From assembly GCA_010405405.1 (NCBI GenBank), contig MU004233.1:819122-883121 (forward strand): a stretch of DNA of 64,000 nucleotides, given 5' to 3'. The first letter of the stretch is position 1. Every line of letters begins with the position of its first letter. Of this stretch, positions 38,010 to 50,121 are shown one piece after another. This stretch comes from Microthyrium microscopicum (lineage: Eukaryota). Below the pieces are notes generated by a model. That model searched no databases. It saw only the letters and a program-made list of their open reading frames with translations, and had not been told where the DNA came from. Both the position numbers and the translations under genes were made by a program.

Positions 38010-39822
38010 TCATGCTGAAGTGATTTGTGTCTCAATCTTGTGTCCATCTGAACTCGGCCAATGCTTCTTCTTTCCCAACTTTCCAATGTTCTCCACTGCA
38101 TCTATGAGACCCTCGTATTTGGCAGTCTCGGGATCGGTCTCGACAGAGAACACTAAAGCTTTTTTCACTGTATTGGTTAGCGCCAAATAATTGGAGTGAG
38201 AATTTAAATTGAAGCTGCGAGGGCATGGGACGATTATCATGGAAACTTTTCGTACCTTCTTTGTGCTTCTTGTGGTGCTCCTCTGTTGACCAACTCGCAC
38301 TCAAGTTCAGAGTTGATTGAGTACCGGTAGAGGTTGTCAAAGAAGCTGGCAAGACCTTCGCAGCGGTGTCACCCAAAGCCGAGCTTTGAGAGCTCGTAAG
38401 AACTCCTGCTGGAAAGACTTTTCCAATCAAGGCGGCAACACGTCCAAAGAATAAAGCCATCCAAGCCTCATCCCCAAGTAGTTCAAGAAGATTGGATCTA
38501 AACTTCGAATCGGAGGGGCTTAGAGCTTTGGCGCCTCCCCAACGCTCGTTCAACATCACTGCAAGAAGTGCCCGTTCTCGATGGTCCGCTCCATGGACTG
38601 CGCCCAAGGCTCCGGTGGTGGTGCTTCGGAGAGCAGCCGCAGCCTGAATGTCTTTATTGAGGCTGTTGTGAATGTACATGCCTTGGGCCAACGATTTGAG
38701 AATTGGACATTGTGGTCTGACGCTTTCAGGTGCAACGTTCCATAGCAATGTCGCGATTTTGTCTGAATCAGCGGTAGCATATGGCTTGGTTGCAGCAACG
38801 AATGGATGCTGGGCTCTTGTCGCTGGATCAAGTGAGCTGAACAGAGCTCCTTCTCGGACTCCTCCTTGTGCAAAATGTACATTTCTTACAGCTGGAAGAG
38901 CTTCCATCACACAGCTAACAAGAAAAGCGACAGCTGGGACTTGGCTGGCTCTCCGCTCAGATACTCGGAACACCTCTTCTTCTCCTTGGACAGCTTTCTG
39001 TACCATGTTGGTGTTTTGGAACTGGTTGATTGAAGTTTTGAACCCATTGATGATAGGAATTGGATATGGAGAGACGGCATGCTGACTCATGAGAAGAAAG
39101 CCCCAGCCTCGGAACCCGCCTCCCGACATGTAAAGGTTTAATCCTTCAGGACTGTTGACGTCGTTCAGGAGCTCTTCTGGAATGCCAATCTTTTCCACGG
39201 CAGCTTTAAGACTGCCAGTGATTCCATCCCGAAAATCCGACATTGCTGAGCCACCTGATTTGTTTGCATCTGACAAGCCACGAGTCAAAGCTGCTGCTCC
39301 GTACGGCATGCTGACGCTGCCAGCCGGGCTCATTTGTAATTCTCCATCTTTTGAAATAAGCCAAGTAATCTGGGTGCTGCCGCCTCCAAGATCCATCATG
39401 AGGCCGCGAACGTTTTCAAAGCTGGATGCTACTCCCATAGCACCAGTTCGTCCTTCTTCTTCCTTGGGCAGCATCTCAACATCCCAGCTAGTTGCATCCT
39501 TGATTTTCTGGCGATACTCTTCCGAGTTGAGAGCTACTCGAGTAGCCTCAGTAGCAATGATGCGGATTTGGTTGTCAGGGACGCCAAAGTCTTGACAAGT
39601 TTGCTTGAAGCGGACAAGTGTCTGGATGACAGCGTCCATGGTGTCCTCGGGGATTGGGACCTTTACGCCATCCACGTATTGGGCATCGTATAGAGATATG
39701 CCGGCTCGATCAATGTACAATGTGGGGAGGATTCTGGAGGTCGGCGGTGAAAGATCAGTCACTGAGAAGCGGACGCCGTTGCTTCCCATGTCAACAATGC
39801 CCCAGCGGTTGGAAGTATCCAT
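38010..39822 (-). CDS. RTG2: Retrograde regulation protein 2 (Ppx/GppA-like ASKHA protein)
   Basis: IVDMGSNGVRFSVTDL...RILPT, IATEATR.A.NS, MDLGGGSTQ, SGGGFRGWG, FAQGGVREG; intron 38168-38254 gives C-terminus ...GKKKHW...ITSA*. Confidence 0.92.
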
Positions 39823-42288
39823 GATTGTGTAATGATTTGATAAGCTGTGTAGAAAATGATTTATGCAAGTAGATTTGATGATGGACAAATGAGTGTTGAA
39901 TCTGGTAGATGTAGGTAGAAATTTTGACAGAAGAGGGAGGGGATGTAGAAGAGAGATGAAGCCTAACAGCCGGGAGACAAGAGGCATTGGAGCACGGCCT
40001 GTTTACTCTCCCGTTCTGCAGGTACACTGGATCAGAAGTCAGATCGGAAGGATGCAATTCGAATCGGTGATAGACAAGGCAAGATCGTGCACGGACCATC
40101 TACCTATCTAGGCAGGAACTCGAGAGTTGAGGTTTGTCAAGCGTCGGTTAAGGTGACTGCGGATTCTGATCAGCCAGGCCAGAAAGTTTTGATTGCTAAA
40201 GTTTCTTAGCATCAGCATGACAGTCAGAGTGCAAATGTGCTCTTCATTTGGGCATATAATTGTGCTGGCAGGTTGTTTCGTACTCCGTGGCTATTTCTAC
40301 TCGATGTCGATCACGCCAAGGTCAGAAACTTTAGTTGTGGGTCGTGAAAAAAAATATGCAGTAATTTCCGTGATTGGGCTTCAAAAATTCGAACTCCTGG
40401 TCGAGTAGGGCGTGACGACTGGGGTTCGTTCGTACAGAGGCTTTTACTCCTTGGGTGTTCTCTAGCTCTGCTCCTACTACTGTGTGCTGTATGTTGAGGC
40501 GAACTGCCGGGGTAGGTTGATACTTTGGCAAGCAGCAGAAACCATGAAGGACGATTGATATGCTTCGGACCTGTTTAGATCAAGTAGGCATCTCGAAGAC
40601 TTGCGGGCTATGCCTTCTTTCACAGACACACTTTGATCAAGATCAAGATCAAGATGATGACGCTTGCGAATGTGCTCCTGTCGAGAGCATGGCATTTTCA
40701 CCTCGACATGTCAATCCTGAATACAATTTGAGCCAGCGGGTTACCCCGCAAATCAATGATGTATCAAGCGAAAAGAAATGATAGAATAGCGTGATATGGA
40801 TGGACAATTAAATGTTGTAACTCTCGTCAAAAAAGTCGCGCTTGACTTCCTGATTTATACCCTTGCTTGGGTCTAAGCCAAAAGAAAACTAGCTTATGAG
40901 TTGCCACGAGGGCCAGCCTCTCAGGGGTTCAACAACAACTACATCTCCTACATTTGATTGTAACGACGTACATTAGGATCGGGAGTTAGATTTGCCTTAG
41001 AATCTCCTAAATTCCACCGATGCAGGCTTGAAGATGCTCTGCGTTGCCATGCTGACAAAGATATAAACACGACGGGTGTTGACCAAAATGTGGACAGCAT
41101 AGCCAGTTGCTGTGGGCCGAACAATTGCAATGTCGCAAGCTGTCAATGATAGGTTGCGTGTCCCTCTGACCTTTGCTATATGACAATTGCAAACGTTGCA
41201 CGTACTTCTATCGACACTTGCGATGCTAAATGCCAAGTACCTCCGTATTTCCTACTTAGCAAGCACGAGCATCCATGGAAATACATCTGTTGGATCTCGC
41301 ACTCGAAGCAAGCATAAAAACTGGCTCCGATCAAGGTACATGAACCTTGGCGTAGCACACTAAGATCAACTTCATGGAGCAGTCGCGCAGCTTGTCTTCA
41401 TTGCTGACAATATCGCGTCCATCAACGACGCTCAGGACAGACACATTTGGCAATCACTGCTCTTCTCGCCACACTATTCTAAAATGAATTTGGTCTGCAA
41501 TTTCAAGGTTCACCCACAGACAAGAAGAATTATCACCAGATCCGAAGGCCACATGATCCTGTATCTCAGATAACGGCGAGTCAATAACTCCTCTATGTGC
41601 CAACCGGACACGTATCAGTTTGGCAATGACCTCTATCACAATGTTCATCGTCAGCTTCTCTACAAGCTCGTTAGATGTAATCATTTGCACCAATGAAACT
41701 TAGGTCATGAAGCGCGTCAAGTCAGCTACGGCAACTGTTGGGGTTGTTTTCTATCTTGCAAAGGCTATTTAAGATGTCGAAGTTGCACTTTCTGTCCTAG
41801 TTGCCGTTTGGTAGAGCTTGAGTCCACCATCACCTATCTACTATACCTGTTTTGCGTTAGTAAATGATGAGGGTAGCCTGCTTTGTCGGACATTCTGGCG
41901 CTAGCCAGTCCTTTCCTCAGTTCTTTCCTTATATCAAAGTGCTTGTCAGGACTAGCCGCCTTCATCATTGAGCTAGCCATGTTAGACCACAAAGTGATTC
42001 TATATGCACTACCTTATACACCACCTGCAACGGCAGTGTCCACTAAGACCAGTTTCGAGGTATCTTAAAACATCGAGGTATAAAAGCTCAAATATTTGGG
42101 CGACACTCAAATTTGCGAATCTTCCTGCTTCTCCAACACCCACCACCACATTTCACGACAGACATCAGCACTTTGAATCTCTCGTATTAAATCTCGTCGC
42201 ATAGCCTTGCAAAGCTACCGTCTTTCGCCAAGCTCCACATCCCAATCGGCCCTACTTTTCCCGGTTCTCGACAATTGAAGCTGCAGAC

Positions 42289-43344
42289 ATGTCACAACTC
42301 CATCGTACGTCAAGTCATGATCGTCCCCATGGTCAACAATCTGACTAATATGTCTTAGCGTATAGAAAATTCCAGATTCCGCCAAATGTGCCATTCGAAC
42401 TTAAGCCGGCGCCAGGCAAAGGCTGGGGTCTGTTCGCCACTCGTAATATCAAGCGGATGGATACGATCTTAGATGAGATTCCTCTGTTCATGATTCCTAA
42501 GCGCTCTCAAGACATCACCGAAATGGATGTTGCGAATGTTGTCCACAGTCTATCTGCCTCTGATCAATTTGTATTTGAGTGTCTCCGCGACAATGGCAGT
42601 GAGCCTTTCAAGACAATGTTACTTGCTCTGAAGCAGAACTTCTTCGCAGTCCCTAATTCACCTCCAACCGGCGTCTATATACTCTCTTCGCGATTCAATC
42701 ATTCATGCGTTCCCAACTGTTTCATAATTCCACGCGAAACGAACATGGTCACTTACGCCAGCCAAGACATCGCGCAAGGTGATGAATTAAAATTCTGCTA
42801 TAATTCGGAGCTTCGCTATCAGGTCGCCGAAGAACGCCTAAGAACTCTACTCTTCAAACACGTGGACTGCAAAGCCTGTGAGCCCGGCTCCTATCGAGAC
42901 ATCAGCGACTTCCGCCGAACCTTGATCCGAGCCTTAGAATATCTGTCGTTGGGAATAGACAAAAATGCTAAGCAAGGAACGCCTTTCGCAATCAAACACA
43001 TCGACCCCGAGTTACGAAAGAAGGCCGAATCAGGTTGCATGACACTGACGTCTAGATTCATCTACGATGTGTTTATAGTTGCATTGATGGAAGCCGAAGG
43101 ATTGCAGGATCCCATTAAGGCCGGAGACTTGCTTGCGCAGCTGGAAGCATATGGACGCGCCTTCCAGACTTCCCGCAATGCCTATATTGCAAAATTGGCT
43201 ATGTCACAGCCAAATGGGTGTGACAAGTTTCTCATAGCCCTCCGATTTTGGGGTCGGTCTGACCTAGGCGATGAGCAGGCTATCGCGGGCTCTCAGCGGT
43301 CTGCAATGGCAATGAGGGCAATTCTTCAGGCACTCCATCACTAG
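42289..43344 (+). CDS. SET-domain protein (SMYD/SET5-like, lineage-expanded type)
   Basis: Short first exon 42289-42304 and intron 42305-42358; PGKGWGLFATRNI, SRFNHSCVPNC, DIAQGDELKFCY. Confidence 0.85.
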
Positions 43345-44280
43345 ACTTGGGCGACCTACCAAATGTCAATAGAAATTAGCTCGATCATAGATAGAATAGG
43401 AGTTGAGCAATGAAATCTTGGCATGTAGCTCACAAGTGCTGTGCTGTTTTGCTATGTGGCTTCAGAGCTCTTTTACTTCGCGCTGTGTCTTTAACAAAAG
43501 GGATTATATACGCAGTCAAGTTTGGCGAGGTACAATGACGAGCTGTTTAGACGTGTTATAGAAATAGTGGCAAGGAGTTGCTTCCATACTTGAAAACAAA
43601 AAAGATCAAAACATTAAATCACCAAAGTTTATGTTTACTCCTGGTAATAGCCTTGACCTGATACGCTTTTGATACACTTGTTGACCGTTTAGCTCATTTT
43701 CATTCCAGGAGGATTCGCTCAACCATCCAGGCGCCTGCTCACTACTTTAGACTGCCCGCTTGATCGAGGTAAGTGAACTGCAAGAGCTCTCTAGTTCAGC
43801 TTCCAAATACTTAAATTAACTGCTGTACTGATGTTACGCGACGCTGTGAGATTGCTCTTCATTTGTCTTCATGATTTGACCAAGCCCTTGGGAAGAGAGT
43901 CTCTACACCGTTGACGTTAGAAATCAGAGGTCTCTCCTGAGCTGTCGGGATGAGCATCGTAACACATGATCAGACCAAATGTCCCTGAAGTTTAGTCTAC
44001 TGATAGAATTACCAGAAGATTCGAGATACTCGTTCTCAAATTGAGCTGTTGGAGCCGCGCTGTCTCACTATATAAAAGAAGTCCTGGGCCCGAAACCACT
44101 GATTCTTTACTTTTCATCACTTTCATTTCGTTGTAGACGAAGCTTGCTTTAGCCTTAAGAATTCCCTTGCTGTTCTAGCTCCTCATTCCAGCTTCCAGAT
44201 GAGAGGTAAAGTTTTCGTTCTAACACCTAACGATGTTTTGAGTCACGGATAGACCTTCAGAGAATACTAACATATCTTAG

Positions 44281-44663
44281 TACAATTGCATCAGCCGACT
44301 CCGTGGGAATTACCAATGAGTTTGAAGGGGTAAGCAGCCAAATAACACCAAATATATGAAAGATCCTCTAATCATGAACAGATCAAGAACAAACTGGTTA
44401 CAGCATTGACCACTGTCGGCAGCAAGGTTCAGGTTCCTCTCGGCGCTTTGAGTAGCAAGTTTGTGGAATCACTTGAAAACTGCTCTGGAGCCTCGCAAGC
44501 CTATGCGGCTTTGCTCTACAAGCCGTTCCAAGACCAAGTTCAAAAAGACAAATTCTTCGCTCTGCAGAATGAGCTCACTGGCGCCAATGGTGCCTTCACC
44601 CTGCTCATCGACAAAATGGAGAAAACAGTGTTGAAGAAACGTAGTGGAAGGTTTGTGGCTTAG
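44281..44663 (+). CDS. Small hypothetical helical protein, start unresolved
   Basis: TATATAAA near 44069; clean splice signals join exons 44281-44329 and 44382-44663 into TIASADSVGITNEFEGIKNKLVTALTT...GRFVA*; the upstream ATG exon is out of phase. Confidence 0.4.
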
Positions 44664-45520
44664 GAGCTTCAACTTATCATTCTTGATTATCAGCCGCTTG
44701 GTGGTATATGTCTGGCAAAACACCCGTAGGCAGTGGGATGACAGGAACGTTTCAAAGGAATATTCGGTATCATGAATGAGTGTTTTGGGGTAAAAGGCAA
44801 CAATGTATCTAGCCGGTGGTTGAGTTTCTTCACCTAATGGAAGCATTAATAGTCGCAATGAATGAGATCAGGCGTGAATCTGACCGTGCTGTATGGGATT
44901 TTTCAATCATGTCTCCAGCGCTTGTTCTTCAATCAGCTAGACCTGTTGCTTGACCTTTCAACCCAAAGAATCCGACACAATCGCTAACAGAAAGTGTTGT
45001 GATGATCCCGAAGACAGCTTATAAACTTTCACCTTACCTACCCGGGTAGGTAATTAGAGTTATACTTGTAGTGACAACTGAAGTCGACGACGAGTCGAGC
45101 GCTACATTTGATGCGGGCTGATGGGTTATCAGGTCAATCTCGTTTATGAGAGGAACTCGCTTAAATAGTTATTACTGCTGGTCGATTTCGGTATGGCCGC
45201 CATAGCCCATAGGCTCGTAAGATAGGTATCGTCCTCTGTGCTATTGACATTCAACACGGCGCTGGGCATGACACATCACGCTCCTGCGCTGTAGACCATT
45301 ATCCTTTTACCATTCAATACCAAGAAGATGCGAATCGAAAAATGGTAGAGATGATGAATGAAGATGAAATGTCGAGACGTATCTCGAAAGTTCAGACACT
45401 GCATCTGCGCACAGACCTTTGCGGATCTGATGTCTCCTTCGTCACTGCACTTTTTGATGACGTCTCCATCGACTTTAACAATTCTTTCACGATTTCGGAT
45501 CTACTCAATAACAAGCAGAA

Positions 45521-46339
45521 ATGATAGAAACTGTTCTCGTTGTTGGAGCCACTGGCAATATTGGTGTAGCAGCCGTCAAAGCCGCGCTTCGCACCAAGCG
45601 CCACGTCCTTGCAGTCGTTAGAAACCAGACGAGCGCCGATAAACTTTTCAAACATGTTGGTGTTCGAGAGGGAATCACAACAGTAGAAGCGGATGTGAGG
45701 TCAGAGACGGGATTGCAGGAAGTTGTAGATAAAGCAAAGGCTGGCAAGTTGCCTGCTTTTCAACATGTTTATTCTACGGGTGAGCCATCTCGACTTTATG
45801 TCAGGACGAAAGCTCATAGGTGACAGTGGGAACGATGGACATGACCTCGCCTATTCAGAACCTTTCTACTTCAGCATTTCGGGAGGTCATGAGTATTGCT
45901 GTGGAGTCGAATTACTGTATGTATTCGTGTCTAGGAAATTTCAGCTCCGAGTCACTGACAAACCCTAGTCGCGTATCGCGCAACTGTCCCTTATCTCATT
46001 GATCAGGCCAAAGAAGACAGCACCTGGACTCTTATGACCGGTGCTGCTGGCACGTCAGGCTGGGCTGGGGTCACAGCCGTGGCGCAAGGAGCACTATTCT
46101 CTCTTGCCAATGTCGCATGTCGTGAGAATGCAAAGACTAACATCCGTTTCAATGAAGTTTACCTTGCCTGTCGCGTTGACTACGATTCAGTCGCCGAGGG
46201 AAAAGGGGTTATCAGCAGCTCCAAGTTTGCTGATAATTATGAACAGATCCTTTCTCGGCCTGATATAAAGGGGTGCAGAGTTAGCGTTCTGAAGCCGGAA
46301 GATATAGAAGAGCTGAAATTTGAGAAGAAACTGGCTTGA
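45521..46339 (+). CDS. NAD(P)-binding Rossmann-fold short-chain dehydrogenase-like protein
   Basis: VLVVGATGNIG motif; exons 45521-45779, 45827-45917, 45969-46339; TLMTGAAG and IRFNEVYL. Confidence 0.82.
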
Positions 46340-48616
46340 TTACTTTATTTTCGAAGAATTGAAAGAGCTTTGTCTGATCATTGCGAATCCTTATGCCTGC
46401 TGCTGTGCACAACTTCCTACCTGTGTCTGGACTCCGTCGCGGCCCCCTTCTCCATATACGTTTTGTACCGTTTTATCCATATCTCATGAATTGCTTCTCC
46501 TCTAGTACGATTGTCGAGCGCTTTATTCAAAATAAAGCTCTTTTTGGCCTCAAGACAATAGTTCTGACAAGTAGTGAATCTGTCGGAATTTTCACTCAAA
46601 TACATTGTCCTATGACCAAGCCTATTGGAAAGCTTACCGTCTAAGCAGGCAAGCTAAGAACGAATCACGATTGCAGCTGTTAGTGCTGCAGTAAGGCTGC
46701 ACCATATATCTTGAACCTTGCAATCACTACAGCTGCCAGTGGCCTCAGTATTGAGGTACAGAAGAAGAGTCCAATTAGATTCAAGGACATATGCCACCAT
46801 TGGCAAACTTCTCGACCGCTTCCAACCGTGGCTGTTGAAAGCGATTCAGTGTTGTTGTAACTTGCAACTTGCAACTTGCAAGTGACCTATCATTGGTAAT
46901 TGGGTTAGTCACCTTTAAGCTTTTAGGACAATGTCTCATATTAATACGGAGCTGTGGGAGACTTTGACCAACCAAGTTGAGACCTTGACTTCAGTGCGAG
47001 TTAGCTCTCGAACTGTCTTTTAAGATTCAGATGGACTTATTGTATCAACCAATCCAAACGCAATACGGGATAGCATAAGTCTCTGGTGGCGTCGATCATG
47101 TCGCCAACCTGTACTTTAGCGTTTTTGGAAACTCACTGTGGAAAAACAGGTAGTGCCGCAAGCTTTTCTCCTTTGGAACTCAACTAATAAGAGACCACCG
47201 TAGATACCAAGACACTTACTGATTTGACCCCATATCCGACGTTGTGCTTTCGTCAGGGAACTGGCAAGCCCCCACCTTGAGGATGATCGACGTAACCGCA
47301 ATGCTGGAACTTTTTGGTGCGTTGACGCAGGGATTGAAAAGAGGTATCGGATGAGATTACGCATACACTGCGTTCGGAAGCATAAGAGGCGTTTTATAGG
47401 ACAGGATTAGCTATGGTGTGGTGGGGTCTGAATTGAAAATTGAAGTCCCCTCCAGGTCTCTACAGTGGCATCATTACTCAGACGGCATCGCCGAGTCCGA
47501 AGTTTGTGATATTACAAGAATACGATATGTGTTCTTCGAATTCTCCATTCACTTGACAGGCGCTTCAGAAACGCCCCAGCGACCTTCAAGAAGCGCAAGA
47601 GGAAACCACTACGTACTGTCCTCTCCCATATTAGACGACGTGCAGGCCACTGGTTCAAGCATTGAATGGCGCTACTGCTGTGGTATTGTAGCTCCTGCAG
47701 ACGGCGGCCCAGCTGCACGCTGCGCATCCGCAAACAGTGCGATTGGCAATTTGCACGATCTGGAGCGGTTAGAAGCGCGAGGAGCCATGTGGTTTTTGCT
47801 TTTAGCGTGATAGTAAAGATCAAGTCTATCTTTAGCGAGCGCATGAGTAAACACAACCACTCCTAGGGCGAAACAATTATCCGCGGAAAGATGCTGAACG
47901 GCAGGTGGTGTGCAGTTGATGCTTCCACATCTTCATACATCCAAATGGCTACCGACAGGTAACTGCCGAGAAGTACCAAACAGGGATGGTCGCATTGACT
48001 TGACCGGTCAGTTTGTCTTTTCTTTCATGCTGTGCGACGTGAGAAAAGCATCCTAAGCTGCTTCGGGGAGTGTGTCCTGCAAGCCTTGCGGAAATTTTGA
48101 TATCAGTGGTGAGATCGACCATCGTTGACAAGCTGAAGGAGCCGATTGGCAATTGCTTTTGTTCCTTGCAGGAGCTGAGTCGGTGACGAAGACCTCTTTG
48201 CTCTCAGAGGAGGACGGGCATTATTACATGTTGGGAGACATTGTTGAGGCTCAAGGAGGATGCCGAAAAATCGCGATACTGGTATTACTGACGATGTTGG
48301 CGCTATTCCAAAAGGGGTAAGACCAACCTCGACGTGTGTGATGAGATGGGTTTGATATCTTTGTAACGCTTTTCTCTGATGTTTGTATAAAGTTCGGTGT
48401 ATAAAACCTTCCAGTTCATCTAGGAGGACAAGGCACTCAACAATCAAATGGGCGCCAAAAGTGTATGTAATAGTACAGCAGAGGTGTACTTGTATATATT
48501 CGCTCCAAACAGCACAGTAAGAAATGACTAAAGCATTGAACATCCCATGTCATGCTAGTTCTCTGTCTCTTTTGACTTTGATTTACTACTTACTGTTATT
48601 GCACTCTTCTTCTCAA

Positions 48617-48790
48617 GCAGTCTTTGAAGTGTATTCCATTGTATGCTTCCTGCTTCACCAACGAGACCTACTACTCCACAAGCCGCAAGTACCGGCCGGC
48701 CCGTCTGCAGTATTGGACGGTTCTTGCAGCAGAGCACTTGACCCAGTCCTTCGGGTCGTCCTTTCCAAATTCCTCCTCACACCATTCATT
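48617..48790 (-). pseudogene. Degenerate MYND-type zinc-finger relic
   Basis: WC...WVKCSAARTVQYCRRAG...QEAYNGIHFKDC resembles C..C...CS.CK.V.YC...CQ...W..HK..C but with lost cysteines and a stop. Confidence 0.4.
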
Positions 48791-50121
48791 CGTACGGCGC
48801 TGCCGCTTCGAGTTCGCAGTCCGATCTATTGCCCATCTTCTTCGTACAATCTGGACATATTCAGCATTTGTCGGGGGCTGCGCAATTTCGTACATACTCC
48901 CACCTTTAATTCCCTGTCCATCGTTAGTCTAGACTATTGAACTGTCAGTCCTTCAGCTAAGCCGTTGAAAAGCGTCCCTCTCGTTCTCCACCCTTCAGTC
49001 AGAGGTTGTCACGGCTTTGGACCAATCAAACTCTGATACTCGACATTCAGTGGTGACCTGCAGCTAGCCGTCAGAAGAGAGTGTATCTATTTATGCACCA
49101 AAACTAGACGCGTGCTTAACCCACCGACAAGAGGCTTGCAACAATTTCCCTGTCTGACATCACTCTATCAGTTAGTGTGTCAATATCTCCCATTGTGGTA
49201 CGCTACGGGGAAGTTGACAAAATAGACCCAGGCGTTCAGACCAAAGCTTCTGATTTGACTATCAAATTCGTCACACAGAACGTAGGCAACCTTGTTCGCC
49301 TAGAAAGCGCGCAAACAGCTTGCAGAAACTTCGGCAGCTCTGATCTGTATCTGCACCAATCGAGGCTCAGGATGGGTGAGTTGAATGTGCTTTCTTTGTG
49401 GCTCGTTTCTTGCTTCCCCCAGCATTTCCCTTACACAGCTTATTCTACGGCAAGCCTACCAGCTGTGCGAAAAGTGCCTGCCAGTATTTTCCATGGACTA
49501 GTCAAGTCCTCCGCTTGTGATTGCCCAGATAATGGAACGCACCTACTCTTGATCAGGCTTAATAGAAGCACCCCAATCATCTCCACTGCTCTACTTCAGT
49601 CCTCCCTCCATCTCTTCTTTTCTCTCCTCCACCTCTTCACTACTTGTACCATTCTGTATTGATCTTTGTCGGCTTCACCCTGCTGTTGGGTTGAGCGGAC
49701 TGTTGTGTAAAGTCTCCCTTGCGTCTCCGCCATCCCTCAGTGGTCTGTCTGTTTGCTGCCTGGCTAACTATATTGTACTAGCAGATTCCGGCGACACGTA
49801 CCGACCAGTAAGTTAAATTCTTGGCCACCAAGGCTATTTACCCTATTGATTCCCGCACTTCTGGTGGTCTTTTCCAAAGATGAAAGGTGTTGGTGAGATA
49901 TTGGGGCTTCTGATCTGGAGCCTTCAAAGTTAGGAGGTGGGGGTGTAGCCGTTGCTAGCGCCTTCCGCCAAATCCACCACAGCCTGCCAAGCAAACGCGC
50001 TCACCTTATTCCTTCACCAAACATTTTGCTGAACTCTCATTCAACCACCCTCACATAATTCCATCATAAACTTCACTTCCAGCCACATAATTCATTACCG
50101 CATTACTTGCGCATTCCTCAA

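Noticed and set aside
38032..38254. Alternative read-through C-terminus of RTG2 in the ORF track
   Set aside because: A canonical intron (GTACGA...GCTAAC...CAG) gives the more typical GKKKHW ending in another frame
40150..41700. Scattered short ORFs and a GATCAA micro-repeat
   Set aside because: No coherent exon chain or domain; the repeat is only about three units
44206..44280. Possible nested twin intron (stwintron) to fix the phase of the small gene
   Set aside because: Removing 44206-44242 needs a GAG acceptor and gives phase 0, which runs into a stop
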